Part shown: in pieces, positions 9,269 through 19,060 of the stretch
How the letters are laid out: each line of letters starts with the position of its first letter
Numbering within the stretch: the stretch's first letter is position 1
Assembly (NCBI GenBank): GCA_963745145.1
Contig: CAVUWE010000002.1
Location: 1,009,780 to 1,073,779, forward strand
Length of the DNA stretch: 64,000 bases
Reading direction: 5' to 3'
Source of the DNA: Vulcanimicrobiota bacterium
GTDB lineage: Bacteria > Vulcanimicrobiota > Vulcanimicrobiia > Vulcanimicrobiales > Vulcanimicrobiaceae
The notes under the pieces: generated by a model
Databases searched by the model: none
What the model was told of the DNA's origin: nothing
Seen by the model: the letters and a program-made list of their open reading frames with translations, nothing else
Made by a program: the position numbers and the translations under genes

Positions 9269-10245
9269 CGCTCGCCGACATCCGGGCGGCGGCGCGGCGC
9301 CTGGCCGGAGTCGCGCACCGAACGCCGGTCGTGAGCTCGCGGACGTTGAACCTGCGCTGCAACGCGCAGGTCTTCGTGAAGTGTGAGAACCTCCAACGGA
9401 TGGGCGCGTTCAAGTTTCGCGGCGCGTACAATTTTTTGACGTCCCTGTCGGATGAGGAGCGGACGCGAGGCGTCGTCGCGTTCTCGAGCGGCAATCACGC
9501 GCAAGGCGTGGCACTGGCGGCGCGCCTCCTCGGCGTTCCGGCGACGATCGTCATGCCGTTCGATGCTCCGGCGGTCAAACTGGCCGCGACGCGCGAGTAC
9601 GGCGCGGAGGTCGTCCACTACGAGCGCGAGCGGTCGCATCGCGAGGAGATCGCGCGCGCCGTGGCCGCCGAGCGCGGCGCGACCGTCGTGCCTCCGTTCG
9701 ACGACGCGCGTATCGTGGCGGGCGCCGGCACCGCCGCGCTCGAGCTGTTGGAAGACGTGGACTCGCTCGACGCGATCGTCGTGCCGGTGGGGGGCGGCGG
9801 TCTCATGGGCGGAACGGCGATCGCCGCACACGCCGTCGATCCTTCGATCGCGCTCTACGGAGTCGAGCCTGAGGCCGGCGACGATTTCGCGCAATCGCTC
9901 GCGCGCGGAGAACGCGTGTCGATCCCGGTGCCGAAAACGATCGCCGACGGCCTACAGACGACCGGGCCCGGTGAATTGACCTTTGCCATCGCGCGCGAGC
10001 ATACTCGCGCGATAGTGACCGTCACCGACGATCAACTGCGCGAGGCCATGCGCTTCGCGTTCGAGCGAATGAAGCTCGTCATCGAGCCGAGCGGAGCCGC
10101 GGCCGTTGCTGCGCTGCTGCACGGACGCATTCCGGGCATCGCCGGCAAGCGCGTCGGTGCGATCGTCAGCGGCGGCAACATCGACCCCGCTCGCTACGGC
10201 GAGCTACTTGGTGGAGATATCTCCGCAGGCGACGTACTTGCCTAG
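9241..10245 (+). CDS. PLP-dependent threonine/serine dehydratase (IlvA/TdcB catalytic-domain family, no ACT domain)
   Basis: Contains GAFKFRGA (PLP lysine), SSGNHAQG and GGGGL motifs. The first canonical start is GTG 9331, but the conserved segment TLADIRAAARRLAGVAHRTPV is encoded upstream. CTG 9241 is my tentative start. Confidence 0.8.
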   Translation: MELSHGAPVTLADIRAAARRLAGVAHRTPVVSSRTLNLRCNAQVFVKCENLQRMGAFKFRGAYNFLTSLSDEERTRGVVAFSSGNHAQGVALAARLLGVPATIVMPFDAPAVKLAATREYGAEVVHYERERSHREEIARAVAAERGATVVPPFDDARIVAGAGTAALELLEDVDSLDAIVVPVGGGGLMGGTAIAAHAVDPSIALYGVEPEAGDDFAQSLARGERVSIPVPKTIADGLQTTGPGELTFAIAREHTRAIVTVTDDQLREAMRFAFERMKLVIEPSGAAAVAALLHGRIPGIAGKRVGAIVSGGNIDPARYGELLGGDISAGDVLA

Positions 10246-10611
10246 GTTCGCGGCGCTTTCGTGAACGTTGATCGCGTGGGGGTTTGCGAGCAGCTGATCG
10301 ATCGTCGTGCCCTTGACCAGGGTCGTCGACTTTCCGCCGACGATGTTGGTCAGCGCGTTGGCGACGCCGCCGAGATCGCTGCAGACGCCGGAGTGGATGT
10401 GTGCCGGCTGCGGAGTGGCGGGCGCACTTTTCAGCGCGATGACCACTTGGACGTCACCGCCGACTTGGGTGAGCGTCGCGGTTCCGCTCTCTCCCGACCC
10501 GTTCTGTTCTTGGAGGGTAACGGTCAGCGTCGACGTCGCGGCGCGCGCGGGCGCTAGCTGCCCGAGAGCGACGAACGCCAGCGATGCGAGCAATAGGGAG
10601 ATCCGTTTCAT
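10204..10611 (-). CDS. secreted CHRD-domain-like protein
   Basis: Signal peptide MKRISLLLASLAFVALG...ARA. The PAHIHSGVCSDLGG motif resembles the CHRD HIH-G motif. ATG at 10611. Confidence 0.5.
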   Translation of the reverse strand: MKRISLLLASLAFVALGQLAPARAATSTLTVTLQEQNGSGESGTATLTQVGGDVQVVIALKSAPATPQPAHIHSGVCSDLGGVANALTNIVGGKSTTLVKGTTIDQLLANPHAINVHESAANLGKYVACGDISTK

Positions 10612-10636
10612 CTTGGTCCTTTCAGCGGTAGGGAGT

Positions 10637-13543
10637 TCATGGACGCGGTTCCTTCGCGCTCTCCAGGTCTCTGACCGCTTCGATCGCCTGGCTGGTGGGC
10701 GTCGCGTCGACGCCGTCGACGATTTCCAGCAAGGATGCGGCCGCATCGTTCTGCGCGGCGTACGCCGCCGCGGCTTTTGCGTCGCCGGCGGCCTTGGCCG
10801 TAGAGGACTGCGCGTAGCTGCGGTCCATCAGCGCGACGATCCGGCGGGCGAGAGCGTATTGTTGCTCGAGCGCTCGCCGCGAAACGACGACGCGCGGATC
10901 CATCACGACCTCGAGCGGCTGCGTCAGCGTGGCGCCGTCGATCTGGAGACGCACGGTGTAGCGGGCGGGAACGACGAGCGGCCCCTGCGGTACCCGCGGC
11001 GTGTCGTGAGGGACGGCTGAAATCGGGAGGTCTTGGCTCGCCACTCGCGGGGGCTGCTCGCGCAGATCCCAAACGAAACGATGCATTCCGGCGCTCGTCG
11101 GCAGGGCCGCAAACGGCCGCTCCCAGTACGCCGGCTTGTCGAGGTTCGGAATGGGCGGGGGCGGCGCGTCGTCGCTCGCGTAACGCCGGACGATGCGGCC
11201 GTTGCCATCGTAGACGGAGAGCACGACGCGATGCGCGGGCGAGGCCAGCGCGTAATCGACGATCGCCCCGTCGGGCGGGTTCTCTCCCGTCGGCTCCTCG
11301 GGCGGCAGCGGCGTATCGGTGTTGGTGCTGCGGCGCACGCGATAGGTGAGCGCCGGCGCGAAGAGGTGCGGACCGCGCACGCTCGCGCGCGCCAGCTCGC
11401 GGAGCGGCTCGACGTCGGTGAGAATCCAGAAGCCTCGGCCGTGGGTCGCCACGATCGCATCGTTTCCATGGATGACGAGATCGCGCACCGACGTGTGCGG
11501 AAGATCGAGCTGGAGCGGCTGCCAATGCGCCCCGAGATCGAACGACGCGTAGACGCCATTCTCTGTCGCGGCGTAGAGCAGACTCGGCTCGACCGGATCT
11601 TGCCGCACGGCATTCACGGGCTGCTTCGGGAGCCCGTCGACGGCGAGCCGCCAGGTCGCGCCGCCGTCGCGCGTTATGTAGACGTATGGGCGCAGATCGT
11701 CGAGCCGGAAACGGTTGACGGCAACGAACGCCGTGTCGTCGTCGAAGTGCGAGGCATCGATTTGCGCAACCTTGCTCCACGGCGTCAGCTCCGGCGGCGT
11801 AACGTTTTTCCAGTGAGCCTGCCCCGAGCCTATCGAAGGGCCGTCGCGGGTGATCCACACGTTGCCGTCGTCCGTTCCGGCCCAGATGGTTCCCGAATGC
11901 GCGTACGATGGTGCGAGGGCGTAGACGACGCCGCGATGGTTTCCGTGCTGCGGATCGTCGCTTTCGAACGCTCCGAGCATCGGCGGCACGCCCGGGTGCG
12001 CGCGCGTTAAATCGGGGCTGATGGCGCGCCAGCTCTGCCCGCCGTTCTCGGTCGCGAACACGACATTGGATCCGAAGTACAGGCGGTGCTTGTCGAAGTG
12101 ATCGAAGGCCAGCGGCTCCGTCCGAACCGTGCGATACTTCTTCGAGGGCAGCGCGATAGGCGAGACCTCCTGCGTTTGGTCGGTACGCTCGTCGTGCTTC
12201 TCGACCTTTCCTCCGTAGAACACGCCCGGATGGAGCGGGTCGGGAACGACGTAGCCATACTCCTGTGCGCCGACGGTGTACCAGTCGCTTTGCGTGGTCA
12301 TGCCCCAGTCGCCGCGGCTGAGCACGCAGGCAAATCCGCTCTCCTGCTGTCCTCCGCAGATTCGATAGGGAAACCGGTCGTCGGCATTGACGTGAAACAT
12401 CTGCGCGGTGGGCTGGTTGTACCAGGAGCTCCAAGTCGTGCCGCGGTCGACGGAGATCGTCGCGCCCTGGTCGCTGGCGAGCGCGATGACGTTCGGATCG
12501 AGCGGATTGATCCAGACGTTATGGTAGTCGTCGCCGCCGGGCGCGCCTTTGATGGCGAGCATTGTTCGTCCGGCGTCCGTGGAGCGATAGGTCGAAGTGT
12601 TCGTCAAGTAGACGGTCCGAGGGTCGCGCGGATCGACCGCGAGCGAGACGAGGTCGTCTCCACGCTGAGCGATTTCATCGGCGTCGTTCACTCGCGCGAA
12701 ATGCGCGCCGGCGTCGTCGCTGCGGTAGAGCGCCCCCGCGTCTTCGCCCTTGGCTTCGCCGTCGGCGTATGCGTAAACGACCCGTGAGTCGCTTGGTGCG
12801 ACGGCGATCTCGGCCCGGCCCATCTGCGCGGGCAATCCCTCGCTCAACTTCGTCCAGGTCGTTCCTCCGTCGCTCGATTTGAAGATGCCGCTTCCGGGGA
12901 TCTCGAACGAGGCGCCGATCTCCCACGGCGCTTGTCGTGCCGCCCAGAGCGTTGCGTATACGATCTTCGGATCGTGCGGATCGAGAACCACGTCGAACGC
13001 TCCGACGTCCTCGTTTTCGAAGAGCACCCGCTGGAAGCTCGCGCCGCCGTCGAGCGATCGATAGAGACCGCGCTCGGAGTTGGCACCGTACGGATGGCCG
13101 AGGACGGCGACGAAGAGCCGATTGGCGTTGGCCGGATCGACCGTCATCGAGGCGATCTGCTGTCCGTCGCACAGACCGAGGTGCGTCCAGGTGCGGCCGC
13201 CGTCGTTCGATTTGTAGACACCGTCGCCGACGGCGAGGTCGGGGCGCTGCAGCCCTTCGCCGCTGCCGGCATAGACGACGTTCGGATCGCTCGGCGCGAT
13301 GGCGAGCGCTCCGATCGATCCGGTGGACTCGCCGTCGAATATCGGCACCCACGTTCGGCCCGCATCTTCGGTCTTCCAGATGCCGCCGTTGACGGCAGCG
13401 ATATAGAAGAGATTGGGCCGGTTGGCAACGCCGGCGACGGCGACCGTGCGGCCCCCGCGCATCGGGCCGACGAATCGCCAGTGCATTCCCTGATAGAGCG
13501 ACGGCGATACGGCGAATACGAGCGCGAGCAGCGTGAGTCTCAA
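10637..13543 (-). CDS. large secreted BNR/Asp-box, Sortilin-VPS10-type beta-propeller protein (paralogue 1)
   Basis: Multiple SxDxGxTW boxes (SNDGGRTWTH, SSDGGTTWTK, TRDGGATWRL and others). Signal peptide from TTG 13543, which overlaps the upstream stop (TTGA). Paralogous to the genes at 59174 and 62353. Confidence 0.8.
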   Translation of the reverse strand: MRLTLLALVFAVSPSLYQGMHWRFVGPMRGGRTVAVAGVANRPNLFYIAAVNGGIWKTEDAGRTWVPIFDGESTGSIGALAIAPSDPNVVYAGSGEGLQRPDLAVGDGVYKSNDGGRTWTHLGLCDGQQIASMTVDPANANRLFVAVLGHPYGANSERGLYRSLDGGASFQRVLFENEDVGAFDVVLDPHDPKIVYATLWAARQAPWEIGASFEIPGSGIFKSSDGGTTWTKLSEGLPAQMGRAEIAVAPSDSRVVYAYADGEAKGEDAGALYRSDDAGAHFARVNDADEIAQRGDDLVSLAVDPRDPRTVYLTNTSTYRSTDAGRTMLAIKGAPGGDDYHNVWINPLDPNVIALASDQGATISVDRGTTWSSWYNQPTAQMFHVNADDRFPYRICGGQQESGFACVLSRGDWGMTTQSDWYTVGAQEYGYVVPDPLHPGVFYGGKVEKHDERTDQTQEVSPIALPSKKYRTVRTEPLAFDHFDKHRLYFGSNVVFATENGGQSWRAISPDLTRAHPGVPPMLGAFESDDPQHGNHRGVVYALAPSYAHSGTIWAGTDDGNVWITRDGPSIGSGQAHWKNVTPPELTPWSKVAQIDASHFDDDTAFVAVNRFRLDDLRPYVYITRDGGATWRLAVDGLPKQPVNAVRQDPVEPSLLYAATENGVYASFDLGAHWQPLQLDLPHTSVRDLVIHGNDAIVATHGRGFWILTDVEPLRELARASVRGPHLFAPALTYRVRRSTNTDTPLPPEEPTGENPPDGAIVDYALASPAHRVVLSVYDGNGRIVRRYASDDAPPPPIPNLDKPAYWERPFAALPTSAGMHRFVWDLREQPPRVASQDLPISAVPHDTPRVPQGPLVVPARYTVRLQIDGATLTQPLEVVMDPRVVVSRRALEQQYALARRIVALMDRSYAQSSTAKAAGDAKAAAAYAAQNDAAASLLEIVDGVDATPTSQAIEAVRDLESAKEPRP

Positions 13544-14222
13544 AGGCGCCTGCCGTTTCGCCGCCCGTTGCGGCGTTTCGGCTGGAAGGCGGCGCCGATC
13601 TTCCAACTCGTCTTGCGCGGCAGCGAGTCGTCGACGTCGTCGCATCCGATCGGCGTGAACTCGCGGCAATCGTGCGGGCGGCCTTCGTAGATGCCGCAGT
13701 AGTGCCGTCCGCTGCGCGAACCCATCAGGAAACGCACTGGTCGCCGAGGTCATCGCCGATCTTGCGCAGCCAGCCCACGTGATAGCCGTCGGCGGACGGG
13801 CGTTCGACGACGTATTCGCGCATCGTTTCGTCGTAGCTCATGTCCAGGTGATCTGCGATGCGCTGCACGTCGGCCTTGCTGACGAACGGCTCGTAGCCGC
13901 TGCAGCACTCCGCGCATCCGGGCGGGCAGGCCACGTTCTCGGGCATGTCGCGCAGGTGCGTGCGCGCAAGCTCGATGACCTTGCGGACCGCTCCGACAAA
14001 AACCGGGTCGTCGTTGTACTTGTAGATCCATTCGCGGCGGTTGATTTCGTTGACGTTGTAATAGCGCGTCGTTTTCTCGTCGAACTCGATCGTTATGTGC
14101 TCTTCGTCGATTTCGATTTTGTTGACGTGCTCGAGCGGCCGAACGTCGAGTAACTCGGGATGCGTTGCCTGTCCCGTGCGGCGCGAGAACTTTCGCAATT
14201 TGATGAGGTCGATCGTGTCCAT
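13540..14222 (-). pseudogene. YkgJ/UPF0153-family zinc/iron-chelating CxxCxxCC protein, interrupted by a -1 frameshift
   Basis: ORF 13725..14222 carries CPPGCAECCSGYEPF and ends DQCVS*. ORF 13540..13737, in the -1 frame, continues FLMGSRSGRHYCGIYEGRPHDCREF, which is the second conserved half of the family. Confidence 0.7.
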
Positions 14223-14285
14223 AACGGACCTTCGATTCCCGCGCCTTGCGGGTGCGGCCTGTACGGAGAGCAAAAGGGAACGGCC

Positions 14286-15245
14286 ATGCGAACGGCTATC
14301 GGCGTCGATCTCGGCGGTTCTCACGTGACCGCTGCAGTAGTCACTGAGGATGGAGCGATCCATCGTCAACACGAGGAGGACCTCGAGGACCTGCGGTTCG
14401 AGGCGGTGATCGCCGCGCTCGACGCAACGATCGGGCTGGCGCTCAAAGACTCCGGCACCGTCGTCGGGATCGGCATCGGCTCGCCCGGAAACATCGATGC
14501 GGCCACGGGCGCCGTCCTGTATAGCCCCAACTTCGGCTGGCAAGACGCACCGCTGGGCGAGGCGCTCCGGAAGAAGTTCGGTCTGCCGGTCTTCGTCGCC
14601 AACGACGCCCGTTGCGCGACCCTCGGCGAATACACGTTTGGGACGGGCAAGCAGACGAAGGACTTCGTGCTGCTTACGCTAGGAACGGGGATCGGCGGAG
14701 GGATCGTCGCGCGCGGCGAGCTGCTGCTAGGCAATCGCTGGGGTGCGGGAGAGATCGGCCACCATCAGATTCGTCCGCACGATGGGTTCGTGTGCGGCTG
14801 CGGAAAGATCGGCTGCTTCGAGGCGCAGGCGTCCGGCACCGGGCTGATTCGCCACGCCTTCGCAGTGGCGCCGTCCTTTCCACGCAGCGCGCTGCTCGAC
14901 GTTCCGCGCGACAAACTCAGCTCGAAAAAGATCCGGCGCGCGGCGCAGGCCGGCGACGGCCACGCGCTCGCGGCTTGGAAGAACTTCATGGCCGACCTGG
15001 CGATCGGATTGGCGAATGTCGTGGCGTTCGTGAATCCAGAGAAGATAGCGCTGGGAGGCGGCGTCTCGAGCGCGGGGGACTACATGCTCGATGCGGTTCG
15101 CCCGCAGGTGGACGTGCTCACGACGATGGTGCCACGGGGAACGACCGAAATAGTGGTGGCCTCACTCGGAAACGATGCGGGCCAGGTCGGCGCGGCGACG
15201 ATGGCGTTGCGCGGAGGATTGACGTCCGGTGCCGCGACCGAATAA
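14286..15245 (+). CDS. ROK-family glucokinase
   Basis: Contains [19 protein letters not shown] and the [10 protein letters not shown] zinc motif. Confidence 0.88.
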   Translation: MRTAIGVDLGGSHVTAAVVTEDGAIHRQHEEDLEDLRFEAVIAALDATIGLALKDSGTVVGIGIGSPGNIDAATGAVLYSPNFGWQDAPLGEALRKKFGLPVFVANDARCATLGEYTFGTGKQTKDFVLLTLGTGIGGGIVARGELLLGNRWGAGEIGHHQIRPHDGFVCGCGKIGCFEAQASGTGLIRHAFAVAPSFPRSALLDVPRDKLSSKKIRRAAQAGDGHALAAWKNFMADLAIGLANVVAFVNPEKIALGGGVSSAGDYMLDAVRPQVDVLTTMVPRGTTEIVVASLGNDAGQVGAATMALRGGLTSGAATE

Positions 15246-16641
15246 GGCGCTGTTAGTTGCGCTCCCGGTCGCGCTCGTCGCCGCGCTCGCCGCCGTTCTC
15301 GCCGCGCTGCCCGGGCGATCGCAGAGCGGCGACCCCATCCACAAAATCCGCCACGTCGTCATCATCATGCAAGAGAACCGCTCGTTCGATTCGTACTTCG
15401 GGACGTTTCCGCACGTGGACGGAATACCGATGGCGAATGGCGTGCCGACGGTCTGCGTGCCGGATCCGCGACAGGGCACGTGCGTCAAGCCGTTTCACGA
15501 TTCGGGCGATGCTAATCGTGCCGGTCCGCACACGGCTCGCGCCTCGACCTCCGATATCGACGGCGGCAAGATGGACGGGTTCATCGAAACCGCAGAGCGC
15601 ATGCGGCGACGGTGCCGCGACCCCAACTCTCCGAACTGCGCGGGCAGCGTCGAGGTCATGGGCTATCACGACGGCCGAGAGCTTCCCAATTACTGGAAAT
15701 ATGCGCGCGACTTCGTTCTTCAGGATCGCCTCTTCGAGCCGAACGCATCCTGGAGCTTGCCGCAGCATCTCTTCATGGTCTCGGAATGGTCGGCCTCATG
15801 CGCGCGTATCGGCGATCCGATGAGCTGCACGAACGAGCTGCAGGATCCCGATTATCCGCCCGACTTCGACGCGCGCAACGGGCGAGTGCATCAGCCCGGG
15901 CGCCCCGATTACGCGTGGACCGATCTCACCTATATGCTGCACGCGCACCGCGTCAGCTGGGCATACTACGTGATGGCCGGCACGGAGCCGGATTGCGCCA
16001 ATAATATGGACGCCTGTGCCGCGGTGCCGCAGCATGCCAAGACGCCTGGCATCTGGAACGTGCTGCCCTACTTCGATACCGTCAAGCGCGATGGTGAGCT
16101 CGGCAACATTCGCGATCTGCGCGATTTCTATACGGCCGCCCGGAACGGCACGCTCCCCAACGTCGTATGGATCACGCCCGCGGGGCCGTACAGCGAACAT
16201 CCTCCGGCGCTCGTGAGTCTCGGTCAGGCCTACGTAACAGGGCTGATCGATGCGATCATGCGCGGCCCCGATTGGAACAGCACCGCGATCTTCCTGAGCT
16301 GGGATGACTGGGGCGGCTTCTACGATCACGTCGTCCCGCCGCGCGTAGACCAGAACGGATATGGCATTCGGGTCCCGGGCATCGTCATCAGCCCGTACGC
16401 GCGACGAGACTTTATCGATCACCAGACGCTGAGCCACGATGCCTATGTAAAGTTCATCGAAGACGACTTCCTTGGCGGCGCGCGCATCGATCCTACGACC
16501 GACGGGCGCCCCGACCGGCGCCCGACCGTTCGTGAGACGGTTCCGATCCTGGGCGACCTGCGCCGCGATTTCGATTTTCGCCAAGCGCCGCGGCGGCCGG
16601 AGATTCTGCCCGGCGGCATCGTCTGGACCGGAACGCTCTAG
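15229..16641 (+). CDS. phosphoesterase-family protein (non-hemolytic phospholipase C / AcpA acid-phosphatase type)
   Basis: N-terminal signal/anchor. Contains the [17 protein letters not shown] signature and [11 protein letters not shown]. Confidence 0.82.
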   Translation: MPRPNKALLVALPVALVAALAAVLAALPGRSQSGDPIHKIRHVVIIMQENRSFDSYFGTFPHVDGIPMANGVPTVCVPDPRQGTCVKPFHDSGDANRAGPHTARASTSDIDGGKMDGFIETAERMRRRCRDPNSPNCAGSVEVMGYHDGRELPNYWKYARDFVLQDRLFEPNASWSLPQHLFMVSEWSASCARIGDPMSCTNELQDPDYPPDFDARNGRVHQPGRPDYAWTDLTYMLHAHRVSWAYYVMAGTEPDCANNMDACAAVPQHAKTPGIWNVLPYFDTVKRDGELGNIRDLRDFYTAARNGTLPNVVWITPAGPYSEHPPALVSLGQAYVTGLIDAIMRGPDWNSTAIFLSWDDWGGFYDHVVPPRVDQNGYGIRVPGIVISPYARRDFIDHQTLSHDAYVKFIEDDFLGGARIDPTTDGRPDRRPTVRETVPILGDLRRDFDFRQAPRRPEILPGGIVWTGTL

Positions 16642-16741
16642 GAGCGAGCAGTCAACGGCGACGCCAGGCGCGATGACGACCGGCCAATAAGAAAGAAAGC
16701 GTAAAAAAGAGGGAGAGAGTAAAGTTAGATACGCGGCCGGT

Positions 16742-17848
16742 ATCTGCGCGGTCGGCCTGCTCGCCGGATGCAGCGGATCGCCGGCGACGTTCGGGACGAC
16801 CCAAGCGCTGCCGCAGACCTCGGGCAGAACGCCTGTCGGTCGAGCGGCATGCCCCGACGCTCGCGGCGGCGACGCGCGCTGTTTTGCCCTGATTCAATCC
16901 AAGAGCGGCATCGCGCCGGGAATCGCCGGCTGGGCGCCGGCCGATTTCCAGGCGCGCTACAAGCTACCGTCGTCGACGCGGGGCGTGGGACAAATCGTCG
17001 CAATCGTGGCCGCTTACGACAACCCCAACGTTGCCACGGATCTCGCCGCGTATCGATCGCAGTTCGGGCTCCCCACGAGCACCTTCACGAAATACAACCA
17101 GGCCGGGCAGATGAAAAACTACCCGGCCGGCAACGCCGGCTGGGGCGTTGAAATCGATCTCGACGTCGAGATGGCGTCGGCCACGTGTCCGCTCTGCACG
17201 GTCTACCTCGTCGAAGCGAACAGCTCGAAATCGAAAGATCTCGCCGCGGCTGAGGTCGAGGCCGTCAAGCTCGGCGCGAATATCGTAAGCAACAGCTGGG
17301 GCTGCACCGGCTCGACGACTTGCGTGGATCAAAAGGATTTCAACCACAAGGGCGTGACCTATCTCGGCGCGTCCGGGGACGGGGGCTCCGGCCAGGTGGG
17401 CCTCCCGGCGGCTCTCGATGGTGTGGTCGCCGTTGGCGCCACCGTGCTCACTAAGACCGGCTCTCAATACACCGAACAGATTTATGAAATCTCGCCGGGC
17501 GGGTGCGCGACCGGCATCAAGAAGCCCAAGTGGCAGCACGATTCCACGTGTTCGTATCGTCTCGCGAACGATGTGGCGGCGGTCGCCTCGAACGTCGCTG
17601 CGTACGATAGCTACGGTTACGCGGGCTGGCTTACTATGGCGGGAACGAGCGTATCGACGCCGCTATTGGCCGGCATGTTCGCTCTTGCCGGTAACGCGTC
17701 GCACCAAGACGGCGGTAGAACGTTCTGGCAACCGCGGCACCTCAAATTTATCCACGCCTTGGGTGGAAGCTGTAACGGTGGCTACACGATGGGTCAGTAC
17801 ACGACGTGTGCTGGCTGGGGCTCCCCCAACGGCCTCGGCGCTCTGTAG
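16742..17848 (+). CDS. S53 (sedolisin/kumamolisin-like) serine peptidase lipoprotein; start codon unresolved
   Basis: Contains GVEIDLDVEMA (Glu/Asp pair) and AGTSVSTPLLAG (Ser). The frame is open from 16691 and encodes the lipobox GLLAGC and APADFQARYKLP upstream of the first canonical start, GTG 16985. The minimal ORF is 16985..17848. Confidence 0.75.
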   Translation: MCAVGLLAGCSGSPATFGTTQALPQTSGRTPVGRAACPDARGGDARCFALIQSKSGIAPGIAGWAPADFQARYKLPSSTRGVGQIVAIVAAYDNPNVATDLAAYRSQFGLPTSTFTKYNQAGQMKNYPAGNAGWGVEIDLDVEMASATCPLCTVYLVEANSSKSKDLAAAEVEAVKLGANIVSNSWGCTGSTTCVDQKDFNHKGVTYLGASGDGGSGQVGLPAALDGVVAVGATVLTKTGSQYTEQIYEISPGGCATGIKKPKWQHDSTCSYRLANDVAAVASNVAAYDSYGYAGWLTMAGTSVSTPLLAGMFALAGNASHQDGGRTFWQPRHLKFIHALGGSCNGGYTMGQYTTCAGWGSPNGLGAL

Positions 17849-17851
17849 AAA

Positions 17852-19048
17852 CTAGACCGCCGCCGCCGTGCGCAGGGCGCGGGCCGGCATGTCGTCGGAA
17901 GCCGGGATCGCCCCGCCTTCGGCGATCGACGTAATTAGCGCCGCGATCCGGCGCGAGCTGCGGCGGGGTGCGACGATCTCCTGGTTATGGCGAATCGCCG
18001 CCAAGCGATCGGGCGTAGAGATCAGCGTTCGTACGGCCGAGACAACCGTGGACGCTCCCTGAAGAGCGATCATGCCCAGGCCGTTATGGCGCACGAAGTC
18101 GACGTTGCCGCGCTCCTGGCCGGGGACGAAGTCGTAGACGATGATCGGAAGCTGCGCGGCATTGGCTTCCGCCAGCGAGCCCGGGCCGGCCTTGGTCACG
18201 AGCAAGTCGACCGCTCGAAAATATTCGGGAATCTTATCGGTGAACCCGAGCACCTGCATCGGCGTGGGGAGCGTCGCGGAAAGCTCCCCCAGCTTTTGCG
18301 CGAGGTGCTCGTTGCGACCGCAGACGACGACCAGCTCGATCGGCAAGCGCGCCCGGGCCAGCGCGAGCGCGGTCGACAGCAGTTTGCCGCCGCCTTCGCC
18401 CCCGGCCATCAGCATGACGGTCGGCGTATCTGGCGAGAGGCCGAGTTGTGCGCGTAAGTCGGCTTTGCTTCCGGTTACGTCGTCGAACTTGGGATGGATG
18501 GGGTGGCCCAGCAGACGCAGGCGGGCGGGCGAAACCCCGCGCGAGAGCGCGCGCTGATAGACTTCGCGCGCCGGCACGACGACCGCATCCGCCTCGGGAA
18601 CCAGCCACGACTCGTGTACCTTGCCCAGATCGGTGATGACGGTCACGACCGGGACGTGCTGCAGCCGCGCATCGTCGCGTGCGCGCAGCGCCGCGTGGTT
18701 GAGAAGCGGGTGCACGGACACGATGACGTCGGGGCGATAGTCGATGAATAGATCGCGCAGCCTCTCGCGATAGAGCGGCTCGCAGAAACGTACGAGCGCT
18801 CGATAGCGCCGTCGTCCGTTGGTGGCGTGATAGAGCGCGCCGTAGACCGGCGGGGCGTAGCGCAGGGCCATGCTGTAACCGAGCCCTAGCTGCGTCAGCG
18901 GGAAGGCGCAGTGAGCGGCAACGTCTTCGATTCGGGTTTCGAACGGGCTGCCGGTCTTCGTCTCTTCGAGGGCCGCGGCGATCGCGTTGGCGGCGCTGCG
19001 ATGGCCGCCACCCGTGTCCGAGATCAGCAGAAGGGCCCGTTTGGTCAT
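17852..19048 (-). CDS. MGDG-synthase/UgtP-like diacylglycerol glycosyltransferase (GT28)
   Basis: N-terminus LLISDTGGGHRSAANAIAAAL and a C-terminal GT28 fold (LVTKAGPGSLAEA). ATG 19048 is preceded by GGGAGAG. Confidence 0.8.
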   Translation of the reverse strand: MTKRALLLISDTGGGHRSAANAIAAALEETKTGSPFETRIEDVAAHCAFPLTQLGLGYSMALRYAPPVYGALYHATNGRRRYRALVRFCEPLYRERLRDLFIDYRPDVIVSVHPLLNHAALRARDDARLQHVPVVTVITDLGKVHESWLVPEADAVVVPAREVYQRALSRGVSPARLRLLGHPIHPKFDDVTGSKADLRAQLGLSPDTPTVMLMAGGEGGGKLLSTALALARARLPIELVVVCGRNEHLAQKLGELSATLPTPMQVLGFTDKIPEYFRAVDLLVTKAGPGSLAEANAAQLPIIVYDFVPGQERGNVDFVRHNGLGMIALQGASTVVSAVRTLISTPDRLAAIRHNQEIVAPRRSSRRIAALITSIAEGGAIPASDDMPARALRTAAAV

Positions 19049-19060
19049 ACGCTCTCCCAA

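Noticed and set aside
10204-10245. A 42-nt convergent 3' overlap between the dehydratase and the CHRD-like gene. Similar overlaps occur at 29896-29912 and 50465-50487. Considered as possible mis-assembly or antisense regulation.
   Set aside because: Both reading frames keep coding-like composition up to their stops, and such short convergent overlaps are common in compact GC-rich genomes. There is no independent evidence that they are functional.
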